A stretch of 63,967 nucleotides of DNA, filler included, from Blastocystis sp. subtype 4 (GCF_000743755.1; 8 parts of 8 records of this genome joined end to end with filler, not necessarily neighbours in it); one strand, 5' to 3'. Counted from the first letter of the whole stretch, positions 22,546 through 33,517 are shown. Made by a program: numbers and translations. Notes: generated from the letters alone by a model not told the origin.

Positions 22546-23849
22546 TAAAAATACCTAACTCAACCATATACACGATACCATGGAGCCCCTCGGGGCGGTG
22601 TGGGGGTTACCCGGTGCTCCGTAGGAGTGCCGCAATAAGAATACCTAACCTTATCTCACTTCCGTACCATCCAATCAAATTCTTGGGATCCCAATAGGAT
22701 AATGACGGTTTTGGCCACTGTTCAGAAGTCTATAGTATTACCCTAGTAGATATTGGTATTAATATCGTACAAGTTTTAAACAGACATATTATATGACAAG
22801 GCCCATAAGAAATGCAAGATACCCTTCTTTCAACCAGATTATAGTTACTTTTGAAGAATCATCTTCACTATTGCCTGATTTACTCATAGTAATAATGAAT
22901 CTACAATAGGTTGAACCATTTCATTCACACTCAACTGTATGTTGATGTAGATGTCAGCAATTTGCATACGTTCACCAGACAATCACACTCAACAAACTAA
23001 TTGAATGCAATCACTCATACCAAAAACTCATTATACATCCCTATCAAGTATCCAACATTTGCGTTCTTCTTGATAATGAATAGAACTGCTTCTTTTGGTT
23101 CCTGTGTCTAAATCTAGTATTCCATAGAATGAATCTGTCTTATTCATAGTCTTCAGTCCAATTGAATTAGATAGGATGATAACTGGTAGTAGGAATTCAT
23201 CCTATAATGGTAGTATGCGTCTGATGTACTTAACATCACAATTATCAAGTCCTTAATTTGTTATCCAAAGGCCCATGATTCTATTGTAGCCTTTGGTATT
23301 ACTCAATACCATTTCTTTATCTGGATCAACCATCTAAAAGATGGCTTCCAACCCTAAGTAGCTGTACAGGATAGATTTCAAAACTAAACCATCATTTTCA
23401 TAACACTAACATTATTTCGAGACAAACTGAATGGTGATTAAGAACAAAGATTGTCATTCATTCTTGCAGCATTGTTACTGACTTCAGTAAGATGTACTAC
23501 TCAATAATCATTAGGAAAACCAAATGGATCATTCTCTTGGTAGAATCCATATCGATTCATCAATTCTTGTCCAATCGTTCATATTCTACTTTTACCTGCT
23601 TCAAATGTACTCTTTACTAACATCAATCAATTCAATGCCTTCTCCAATACCGATGAATCAATGATGTTTGATAAAGGATATTATACTCTTGCTCACATAA
23701 TTGCTATTTCCAATCAAACGCAATACTCATCATTCTCTCTCTCACCCACTTATCATCCTATTCATCATCACAATTCTCGTTGACACGAACGCTAGCATTA
23801 TAAATAGCATATTCATCATCGGTTACTATTCTTTAACCTTTAATAACTC

Positions 23850-25290
23850 CCAAACCCTTCTGTCGAATGAACTGATCAAGAGAATCAGCATCTCAATCAT
23901 TATCAATCAATCAATCTTACTCGAACAAGTCAATACTTTCACATTGTTGAATGCCTTACATGTCATCTGTATCCCTTGTTCAGTGAGTGATGGAATGTCT
24001 AGTTCAAATTCAATCATCTATCATCACTATCCAATATCACTTTGCCTATCCACAAGAAATTGTAGCCATCTCCTTTGAGTGAAGAAAGAGAAGGAAGATC
24101 TCATCAATCAATCATTATTGTCATTCATACTCTTCATTATCAATTCATTTGATTCAATAACATGATAGTCACCACAAAGAACCCCATATCCAAGAGTGAT
24201 AGATTGAAGTCGATTTAAATCTCATTGATCATTCATTTAATCGTTCATACTCTTAAACACTATTGAATGGCAACTACAGAATGCATCACAACCCATTTCA
24301 AGAGAGATGAGAGTACGAAGATTAGAGAGATTGAATGATTTTTCCCTCATTCCCACTTCTCCTTGAATCACAATCGATTCAACAGAACTAGATATCTCTT
24401 TCATTTGATCGATTCTAGATATCCAGAATGCTGATGGATGAAGAGATAGTAAGTGTTCAGAAGCAATCACATGACTATTCTTTGTAATGTAATATTCAAG
24501 AGAATCAGCATCTCAATCAGTATCAATCAATCAATCATACTTGAACTATCCAACTGCACATTGCAGAATATGCTTCTCAGCTTAATCCCATCTTCAGTGA
24601 GTGATGGAATGTCTAGTTCAAATTCAATATCACTCATTACTATCCAATAACATTTTGCTAATGTAGAGGAAGTTGTTACCATCTCCTTTGAATGAAGATA
24701 GAGAAGGGAGATCTAATCAATCAATCATCATCATCACTCATACTCTTCATTATCAATTCATTTGATTCAACAGTATTCCTATAACCATCTAAAGCCAACA
24801 GTCCAACATCGATAGATTGAAGTTGAGTCAGATCTCATTCATCATTCATTCAATCATTCTTACTCTCAAATACGATCCTATGACATAAGTAGAATGCATA
24901 TTGACCCAATTGAATGGATATCAGAGAACGAAGATTCTTCAATTCAAATGATTCATAACTGTAAAATGATCTGTATCCAATATGGATTTCACTCAGTTGA
25001 TCACAATTCATTATCAAACATTTACTGCCTTCTCGATTAGATTCATCAAGTTCAAAGCTCCTATTACCAATAACCAAACTCTCCAATTCATTCAATCCAT
25101 CAATCACAAATTGATTCACATTCTCAAAACAATCATTTCCAATGTCAATTCGTTTCAATGATATCAATGAATTGTTCAGTATCAATGATGATATATCAGG
25201 AGGATTGAAATGATCAGCAATAATCAGAGATTCAATACAACTAGTAACAATCAATTCACAATCATCAATCCATTTCATTCTCATATCATC
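23850..25290 (-). repeat. two tandem LRR-family gene fragments with shared exon/intron sequence (related to 18480-18880)
   Basis: Recurring blocks AAGAGAATCAGCATCTCAATC, AGTGAGTGATGGAATGTCTAGTTCAAATTCAAT, GATAGATTGAAGT; ORFs 24237-24470 and 24850-25284 end like 18856-19287 (..IVFES.ND). Confidence 0.7.
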
Positions 25291-25396
25291 ATTAANNNNN
25301 NNNNNNNNNNNNNNNNNNNNNNNNNNNNNNNNNNNNNNNTTAATTAATTAANNNNNNNNNNNNNNNNNNNNNNNNNNNNNNNNNNNNNNNNNNNNC

Positions 25397-25480
25397 TGGA
25401 AGGAGGAGTACGATATGGATGCTATGACTCGCGATATGTTGACGGAGATTGAGAAGAAGCTGAAGAACGCCAAGAACTAA
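25397..25480 (+). CDS. C-terminal fragment, probably NAD-dependent epimerase / L-threonine 3-dehydrogenase family
   Basis: WKEEYDMDAMTRDMLTEIEKKLKNAKN*. Confidence 0.45.
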   Translation, partial: WKEEYDMDAMTRDMLTEIEKKLKNAKN

Positions 25481-25555
25481 GAAACGTTTCACGTAATTAC
25501 ATCTAGTTGTTTTGAAATGTTTGTGGCAGAAAGGAGGACTTTTCACTGATGTTGT

Positions 25556-26882
25556 ATGAGTATTGTCGATTGTTCCCATTTCCATTTTGATAAGAATTCT
25601 GTACGCATCTGTATTGTGGGAGTGGGAGCTTTAGGCTCATCAGTGCCATTGAATCAACAGACTGATCCTTAGGTACTCCAGTTGTTAGCAGATGAAGGAT
25701 ATCCTAATGTTGATGTTATTGATATGGATATTGTCGAGTTGGACAATCTTGGTTTTCAGTTGTTGTTTGAGGAAAATGATATTGGAAAGAAAAAGACTGA
25801 TGTGGTTCTTCAACGACTATTTGGTTCTAGCGACTTACCTAATCATCGATCCTTCGCATGTAGTGTGCAAAGCCTTCCTTTGAATCAACTTCTCTCATAT
25901 AATATCATTCTCGGTTGTGTTGATAATTTGGAAGCCCGTTCATATATAAATTCGATCGTTGTTAATCAAGGACAAGAAAAGATTGTGTACATCGATGGAG
26001 GATCGATGGGACTGGGTGGCCAGGCTCATTTGATTATTCCATCTGTACAAATCTGTCTGAAGATTGATAAATAGGTGACACCTTGCTTTCAATGTCTGTA
26101 TGCTTTGTTTCCGGATCCATCTACAGAACTTTATCCTCTTTGTACAATCGTCTCTCATCCTGTGCTTCCTGAACACTGTATCACCTATGCTAAACAGATA
26201 CTGTGGGAAAAGAAACGACCTAATGAGCCTTTTGATACTGAGAATGAAGAACACATTCAATGGATTTATCATGAGGCTTTGGAACGGAGTCTTGAATTTG
26301 GAATTGAGGGGGTCACAGTCCAACTGACTCGTGTAGTAGATATGGAAAGGTTTAATTGGTTAGAGAGTGGCGAAGAATGTGATAATCACACATCCAGAGA
26401 CAAATTATCGTATTGCTCAGTTTATGCTTGAATTTGTGAATGAACTTGTGAATGCAGAGAGAATTGAATCGAATTATGTCATGTTTCTCTCTATTAGAGA
26501 TTGTGAGTCGTAGTTATCGAGGAGAGGAAGGCGAGTATGTTGAGCGATTTTGGATGGAGATAGACAGCGATTGTCCTGTTTGTGGGGTTCATCCCTCTCG
26601 GATCACGCTGTCTGTTCATTCTTCGTCGCTTTTGCAAGAAGTGATAGATTTGGTTTCAAAACAAATCAATCATCCATTTTCGTTGTGGATGGGAACGACA
26701 CCCTTATTTGCAGATGTAGTAAAGACGATTCGTGTATATCCATAGAAACCACGAGCTGTTCGTGAAGCGACAAAGAAAAATCTCTCACAGTCACTTAGTT
26801 CTCTTCACTTGTATAATGGTGATAGCCTTCTCATCCGTTCTTCTTCTGTTTCGTATACATTAATCCTACAATTGGCTACATA
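25556..26882 (+). CDS. UBA3: NEDD8-activating enzyme E1 catalytic subunit (spliced, divergent)
   Basis: IVGVGALG, DVIDMD, GCVDNLEAR, TPCFQC, YPLCTI..PEHCITYA, CPVC. Confidence 0.8.
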
Positions 26883-26920
26883 CCTCTTCTTGTTCACAAA
26901 CACATTAAAAGATAACCACA

Positions 26921-28054
26921 TTACAATTCCCTCTCAAGGACCTTATCATCGTTTGTTCCCACACTATTCAAGCGATTACAGAAGTCCAACATTGCACAAT
27001 ACCCAACCAAAGGCTCCACACGACTACAAATAACAATTATTGTATATCCTTACTCATTCCCCACAACTTGAGCAAATACGGGATCCTCTTCATCCATCTC
27101 AGGAAGCATATCATCACCCATCTCACTACGAATACGATTCTCTTCCACTCGAGCATTCATCCATTCATTTTGTTGCTGCTTTTGCTTGTTCGCTTGCCTT
27201 ACTTGCATGGTATAGCTGTGACGCTCATTCACAACGCTATCAATGTTTTCAATCAACTGCTCCATGTTCTTCTCCTAGTCATCACTCTTTCTACACACTT
27301 CTACCAATGATGTGATAGGATCTGCAGCAGGAGTAGCCTTCTCCGTAAACATGGAAATGATACCACATTGATGAAGCAAAGCTTGTGAAGCCTCATCTAG
27401 AGACAGATACAAAGGAACTTCCTCCATGATCATGGTACTGTCAAAGGCCTGATCGCGCAGACTAATTGAGAGAGAAGATAAACTCATACTCGTTTATGTT
27501 GATCTTCTTGTCACGGAATAGATTCATAAAGGCTCTGGTCAGACGGAAGGCCTTAATGTTGAGTTTTCCACGAGATAGATCAAAGGAGTCGATGACGAGA
27601 ACAAATGTGTTATTTCCCAATTCTTCCTGATATGTATACTGCGAGAGAATCATCTGAAGGGTACAGAAAGAACTCATGAAGGTGGATGTATACCAACCGA
27701 CAACATCATTATCAACACCAATCTAAACATTAGATACAAGAAAGACTCTTACTTGACCAAGACTTGTGATCATACTCTGTTGAAACTCCGTCTTATTGAC
27801 AAACTGGAGGTCCCCTTCCGAAGATGGCATTCCATATGCATAGGTAACCTCTACATGGCCTTCATCGTCCATACCCAGGAGTTGTCCTGACACGTTCGTT
27901 GGTGATGATCCCTGTGCATGCTTAATAATTTGGATAAGGGGCTACTCCATGAAACCAACCACTCTGGAAATACCAAAATGTCCAAATTGATGGTCTTGTT
28001 ATCCAGCATATTTGGAGCTTCCTCTGTATTACTAGAATCCGTGGAAGTTGACAT
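26921..28054 (-). CDS. EIF3H: translation initiation factor 3 subunit H (spliced)
   Basis: MPN domain: IIKH..VSGQLLG..VEVTYAY, VDNDVVGWYTS, QYTYQ, G.LNIKAFRL; ENRIR in the C-terminal part. Confidence 0.85.
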
Positions 28055-28095
28055 TGAAACAGTTGATAGTTATGGAATTAGAGTAGTGGGAGACG

Positions 28096-30229
28096 ATGTC
28101 GCAAATTCGACATATTAGGCTATTGGTTTTTCACACTTGGAGTCTTCTTGTGAACAAAGATCACTGCATTATGATTGAAACAGAAGTCTGGGTATCAAGT
28201 AACTAGTATTTGGGTTTGATCATCCTATCAGATCTGTTTGAGGATTCGGAATTTGAAACTTGTGGGCGAAGCTATTTCCAGAAAGTTGCATGGGACAAAA
28301 GCGTCGATCCTTCTCTAGATCCCAAAGAAGAGAAGGAAGAGGAATCGGAGAATCGCCCAAGAAAGCTATCAGTTTCAGACTTGTTAAAGAAGGATTATTA
28401 TCGAGTGTTGGGCTTGGAGGACTTGAAATGGAGAGCAACTGAGGATCAAATTCGTTCTGCCTATCGCAAATTGGTATTAAAATATCATCCTGACAAAATG
28501 GCTGATCCTTCTTCCGAGGACAGGGAAATCTTCTTACATGTGCAAGAGGCTTATGATACGTTGGGTAACATTGAAAAACGACGAGCGTATAAATGTTGAA
28601 ATGGTTTCAGACCTAGGTACGATTCGGCTGATGCGAATCTAGTGATTCCTTCGTTTGATTTAGATGATGATTTCTTTGAATGTTTCAGTGATGCCTTTTA
28701 TCAATACAGTCGTTTCAGCAGTATTCAACCTGCGTTGTCTTTACTACCTGGGTTTGATGTATAGACCTCTTCTAGGTTCCATAGACACTCCATGGCCTGA
28801 AGTAGAAGCATTCTACCGTTTCTGGCGTGATTTCAAATCTTGGCGAGTATACAATGCTTATGACGAGTATAATCCAGAAGTAATATTCTGAATAAGAGCT
28901 GATATATAGGAAGCAACTAGCCGAGGTGAGAAACGTTGGATGAATCAAATGAATGAAGCTCATCGCAAGAAATTGCGAGCTCAAGAGTATGTGATATGGA
29001 TACGCATTTATTGTAGTAACAAGAAACTGCAAACCCTGGTAGAACGGGCATACAAGGTGGATCCTCGAGTCCTTGCTTGGAAGAAGGAACAAGAACGTCT
29101 TCGTGAAGAGAAGGAGGTATTAGAAGCTTATCATGATAAGTCCTAGCGACAAGAAGAAGAAGCAAGACGAGCTGAGGCAGAAAAGAAGGAACAGGAACGT
29201 CTGAAGAAGGAACAAGAAGAACGAGAAGCTCGTGAAGGTGAGAATGAGAATGAGGAGTGACTATTAGAAGAGGAACGCCTTCGGAAAGCAGAGATAGAAG
29301 AACGAGCACGAGAACGTCGTGAGAAGAAGCGGATTATGAAATGTTTTATGAATGAATTAAACGACGTATGAATGAGCGTTGATTCTATTGTAGCAATTCC
29401 CCGTGGTTCTATACAAGATGTATTCAGATACTCATTCTCTTGAAGAGTTGTTGTCTCTCCAACAGAAAGTCAAAGACTGTTCTATTGAAATTGTAGCTTC
29501 AGAACTCCGTGCCTTACAGAATCAAGTAAGTGTTGTGGAGAGAGTTGAGAGTTAGGAAGCATTACGAGAAGAAGCAATCGAACGTCAGCGACGAGAACAG
29601 GAAGAACGGAAGAAGGCTGAGGATGCTATGGTGCTGGAACGGAGCAAGGAAAGCAAAACTGGAGCTCCTTGGCAGTTAGAAGAGGATCACTGTTTATCTC
29701 AAGCAATCAAAAAGTATCCTGTAGGGGAAAAAACATAAATGAGAGATAGGCTGGGTATCGAAACCGATGGGGCAAGATTGCTGAGTATGTAACGGAGTAT
29801 AGTCGTTGTAATCGGGAACGAACAGATGTTCAGTGTCGTGCTCGGATTGAAGAGATTACACGGCGGAATATGGGACAGAATACAAAGGTTGATGATAATG
29901 GTGCATTCGCTCGATTCCAACGTGGAAAGGAATTGTTTAAGGAGAAGAATAAGGTTGAAATTCAGTTGGATACGAATTATTCTTCCGTTGCAGCTGTTGT
30001 GAAGGAAGAGGAGAAGATGGATGAAAATGGATGGACTCAAAGTCAACAGAAGGCATTAGAAGCGTTTGGTTTTGAGGGATAGATAATTTATAGAGCAATG
30101 GTTCAATTCCCAGCCTCGATGGATAAGAATGAACGATGGAAACAAATTGCTTCAGCAATTCCAGGGAAAACCAAGGCAGACTGCATCAAGCGTGTTAAAT
30201 GGATTCGGGAACAAATGTTGAAGAAGTGA
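28096..30229 (+). CDS. DNAJC2: DnaJ zuotin/MPP11 with SANT domains (spliced)
   Basis: DYYRVLGL..KYHPDK, FYRFWRDFKSWR, LVERAYKVDPR, two SANT domains (WTQSQQKALE, ERWKQIASAIPGKTK). Confidence 0.9.
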
Positions 30230-30265
30230 TGTGTTTCAAACAAATACAAGACCCTAAATGAATCT

Positions 30266-31077
30266 CTATTCTTGTTCATCCTTCTCCTCTGCAGACAATA
30301 AATTCATCAACTTCACAAAATCTTCAGAAGCTCCTTCATTCGTACTCTCCATTTCTGCTTTGTTCAGCTTTTCAGAAAGAGATTCCTCTTCTTCTTCCTT
30401 CTCCGGTTGATTCACATTGTGTCCTGTCATATAATCATACAATTCGTAATCCTCAGGAGTCAGCTGGAAGGGAAGCAGGCCTGCACTTCGAGCATGCTTA
30501 ATACAACGCGTGATCTTGTGTTGATGCTTCTTGCATGTTCCACTCACAATTACGAACCTCTCCTGACACTTACGTCAAATGACGACTGTAGATCATACCA
30601 GATTCGTGAAGGAACAATCGAAGCAAGCCAACATTCTGCTGTTAACAACAATCATCAATAATACCAAGTATGTGATCAGATTCTCTGGAATGTTGCACAA
30701 TAGACAACTCTTTTCGTTTCCTGATTGATATTCTCTATGTCTCAACCAAGATAATCTAATCCTACTTAAATACTTTGCCATCCTTGATAAGATCCAGATA
30801 CACTTCGCGAAAGAGTTCCTTACGATCTGCAGCATTTTTATATTCCGTAAAGTTCTTTTTAAGGTCTTGTTTGAGCACATAATCCTTCAGCAACTCATTA
30901 TAGTTTGCTAGTCGATAATTCGTCATTTACTACACAATACCATCATTACTAAAGTAATGGGAAAAAACGGACATCGCTGGAACCTGGGTTCGGACGAGAA
31001 ATCCTCGAGAGGAACTTCGGAGAGAAGACACTATTCTGATCACACAACCTCTATTCAGTACATCCAATTCGAATCAT
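30266..31077 (-). CDS. mitochondrial ribosomal protein S18 family (spliced)
   Basis: CLLC..ITY.NVGLL, SGTCKKHQHKITRCIKHARSAGLLPF; presequence-like N-terminus; start approximate. Confidence 0.75.
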
Positions 31078-31166
31078 GGTATTCGATTTGCCTTTCTAAT
31101 TAAGGATATGGAACCGATGACAAAAATCGGAATGATTTCGCTCTTTTCATATACTCTTTCGGATTG

Positions 31167-31417
31167 ATGATTGAAGTAGTGTTAAACGATCGTTTGGGAC
31201 GAAAGATCCGTGTAAAATGTAATCCAAGTGACACGATTGGAGATCTCAAGAAACTGGTTGCAGCTCAGACTGGTATATTTTGTGAGGTGTAATTATGGTA
31301 GGAACGCGTCCAGAGAAGATTCGTATTCAGAAGTGGTATATTACGTACAAAGACCATATTACTCTGGCAGATTACGAAATTAACGACGGTATGGGTCTTG
31401 AGCTGTATTATAACTAA
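31167..31417 (+). CDS. UBL5: ubiquitin-like protein 5 / Hub1 (one intron)
   Basis: [52 protein letters not shown]. Confidence 0.95.
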
Positions 31418-31459
31418 CATTATTTCTTTGATCAAACATTGATTATTCTAAAGTGACAT

Positions 31460-32892
31460 TTATTTGTAGATAGGACATTCTTGTTGATATAGCAACGTAT
31501 AGTAACAGGGGGAAATCTTCTTCAGAACAAGTGCTCCGAGTTCAATCCGTTCTTTGTCAAAAAGAGGACACTTGCAGATCATTGCACTTTCGAAATTTAC
31601 AAAATTCTCCGAAGAACGCTTCACTGCTTTGAGAGATGGAAGATCTACAGTGAATGACCTCGATTACAGATACTTGTCATTTCAATGATGTGAGTCCGTC
31701 GCTTTGAAGACGAACCTCGAAATGCCTTAACACCCAGAGATATAGTATGAAGGGAGGGCAAATTCGCGAATGAGACAGAAGAACAGTGCTGAAATGAAGC
31801 CTCTCCAAAGTAGAGGGTCTGAAGATACGGTAACGATTCGAACTGAGGTGAATCCGACTCCATGAAGTTGTGTCCTCGAAAAACGAGCGATTGCAGTGTA
31901 TCACATTTCGATACGTGCAGACAATGGAACTCACTGAAAGCGTTATTTCCAAATACGACAGTTGATAAGGAAGGACAATCGTGAATAGAGAGAGAACTGG
32001 TCTCCTTAATACAGGAACATTCCATATAACTATATTCGAAGTTGAAAGAATGTATATAGAAGGTGATTTTATGTAAACTCTTCATTTGACGAATGACAAG
32101 TTGCTTCGTATGAGGGAAACTATTTGGTCCAAAAACGAGTGACTGCAACTGAGAGTAGTTCTCTAGTGTTAGCGTCTTGGGAAGATTGCTAGATCCTGAA
32201 TTCAGTACAATGGACTTCAATAGAGTATGAAGACCTGACAAAGAAGCAGAAAGTGGAATGAAGAGAGAAGTACCAACATGAGCATCGTCTAACCACCTTC
32301 CTTTTTGGATAAGATTAGCTGTTCGATCGTAAAGTGACCCATATCCCCACTTCTTCCCATTACAAAGCATCCCTTCATACTCTAGAATACCAAGGTCTGG
32401 ATAGAAGATACTTCCATAACATACACGATGGTCTTTATACATAAATCCCCGATACACTAATTGGTTCTCATCATCATAAAACTCACCCCAACCACAAGGC
32501 TGGTCATTGAGTACATAACCCTCCCACCGTTCTCCACATGCAGTAAGATCAAGAATTTCGGAACATCGCTGGGAGGTATCCACTTCACAAACAACTGAAT
32601 CACCCTTCACCAAAAATACTGCAAATAGATAGGGTTGAGTTGACGAAGCAACAATAGCATAACCGTCAACGACACCACTTGTGTAATGTAGCTGCATCAC
32701 TACTTCGTCCTTAGTTGATATCCGAAGCGCATCACCATCTGGACCACAAGGATTACACTTCGCAAACAGTAAACTATCCTTTGTAGTACCAAATAACGCA
32801 CGGAGGGTATTGGATGATGGATTTGGGTCTGACAATTCTTCTAGATTTATGATGCAACTCATTCCTAATGTACCATCCGGTGTATCTGTCAT
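31460..32892 (-). CDS. MORN-like repeat + leucine-rich-repeat protein (lineage-expanded family)
   Basis: GERWEG..PCGWGEFYD..YEGMLCNGKKWGYG followed by L..L.FG..SF repeats; 3' end approximate. Confidence 0.75.
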
Positions 32893-33143
32893 GGCAATTA
32901 CAATCTGTCCGTGATGAGGTGGTTGTGTACTAGAATTCGTTCCATTTCCGCGGAATATCTCAGCCAATCCTATTAGCCACAAGTGATGGAACAACAATCC
33001 ATTCTTCTAGCTGTGAGGATTTCAACATCACATTCCAAGAAAAAGATTTCTGGAATGACTTTGGATGTACTTCTGTGAACTTCGAAGAAATCAGTGTAAC
33101 AAACAAACAGATTACATTACTTTATGCTGACTTCCAAATATAA

Positions 33144-33517
33144 TCACATTTCCTTTGGATTTTGGCGAGGAACCTACACGATCACCTGAACCAGGAATCC
33201 ATACGCAACGAGCCAAATGTGGAGGGTCATAGTGCTTCACACCTTCCCAAAGGAGAAAGAAAAGACAAGAAAGCATGACCTGTACTCACATTCTGTGCAT
33301 CAAAATCGATAGCAGTTTCGGGAGCCACTCCATCTTCCCAAATGAGTTCTGCATGCTCAGAAAGCTACACATTAGCAATTCATTCGAGATATATGCATAC
33401 AGACTTTGTAGGAGCTCTTCTTTGCACATAGGGAGGAGGAGGAGTTCCAGCATGGTCATGATTGTGTCGTTTGATCACATTCTTCATTCCGTTGTTCCGA
33501 ATGACTCGAGATGTCAT
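33144..33517 (-). CDS. complex I accessory subunit NDUFB8-like (spliced, reading-frame break near 33280)
   Basis: HAGTPPPPY..LSEHAELIWEDGVAPETAIDFDA resembles plant/stramenopile B8; TM and YDPP..VPR follow in another frame. Confidence 0.55.

Larger units (their letters stand above)
21729..22744 (+). mobile_element. endogenous CRESS-DNA viral element: 919-nt capsid-only unit plus 97-nt terminal redundancy
   Basis: Direct repeat 21729-21825 / 22648-22744 (6 mismatches), each copy ending in TAGTATTACCCT; a single capsid ORF in between. Confidence 0.9.

Noticed and set aside
23040..23400. In-frame TAA/TAG in a long frame suggesting stop-codon reassignment
   Set aside because: Host and viral genes here end normally in TAA/TAG; pseudogene decay is the simpler explanation
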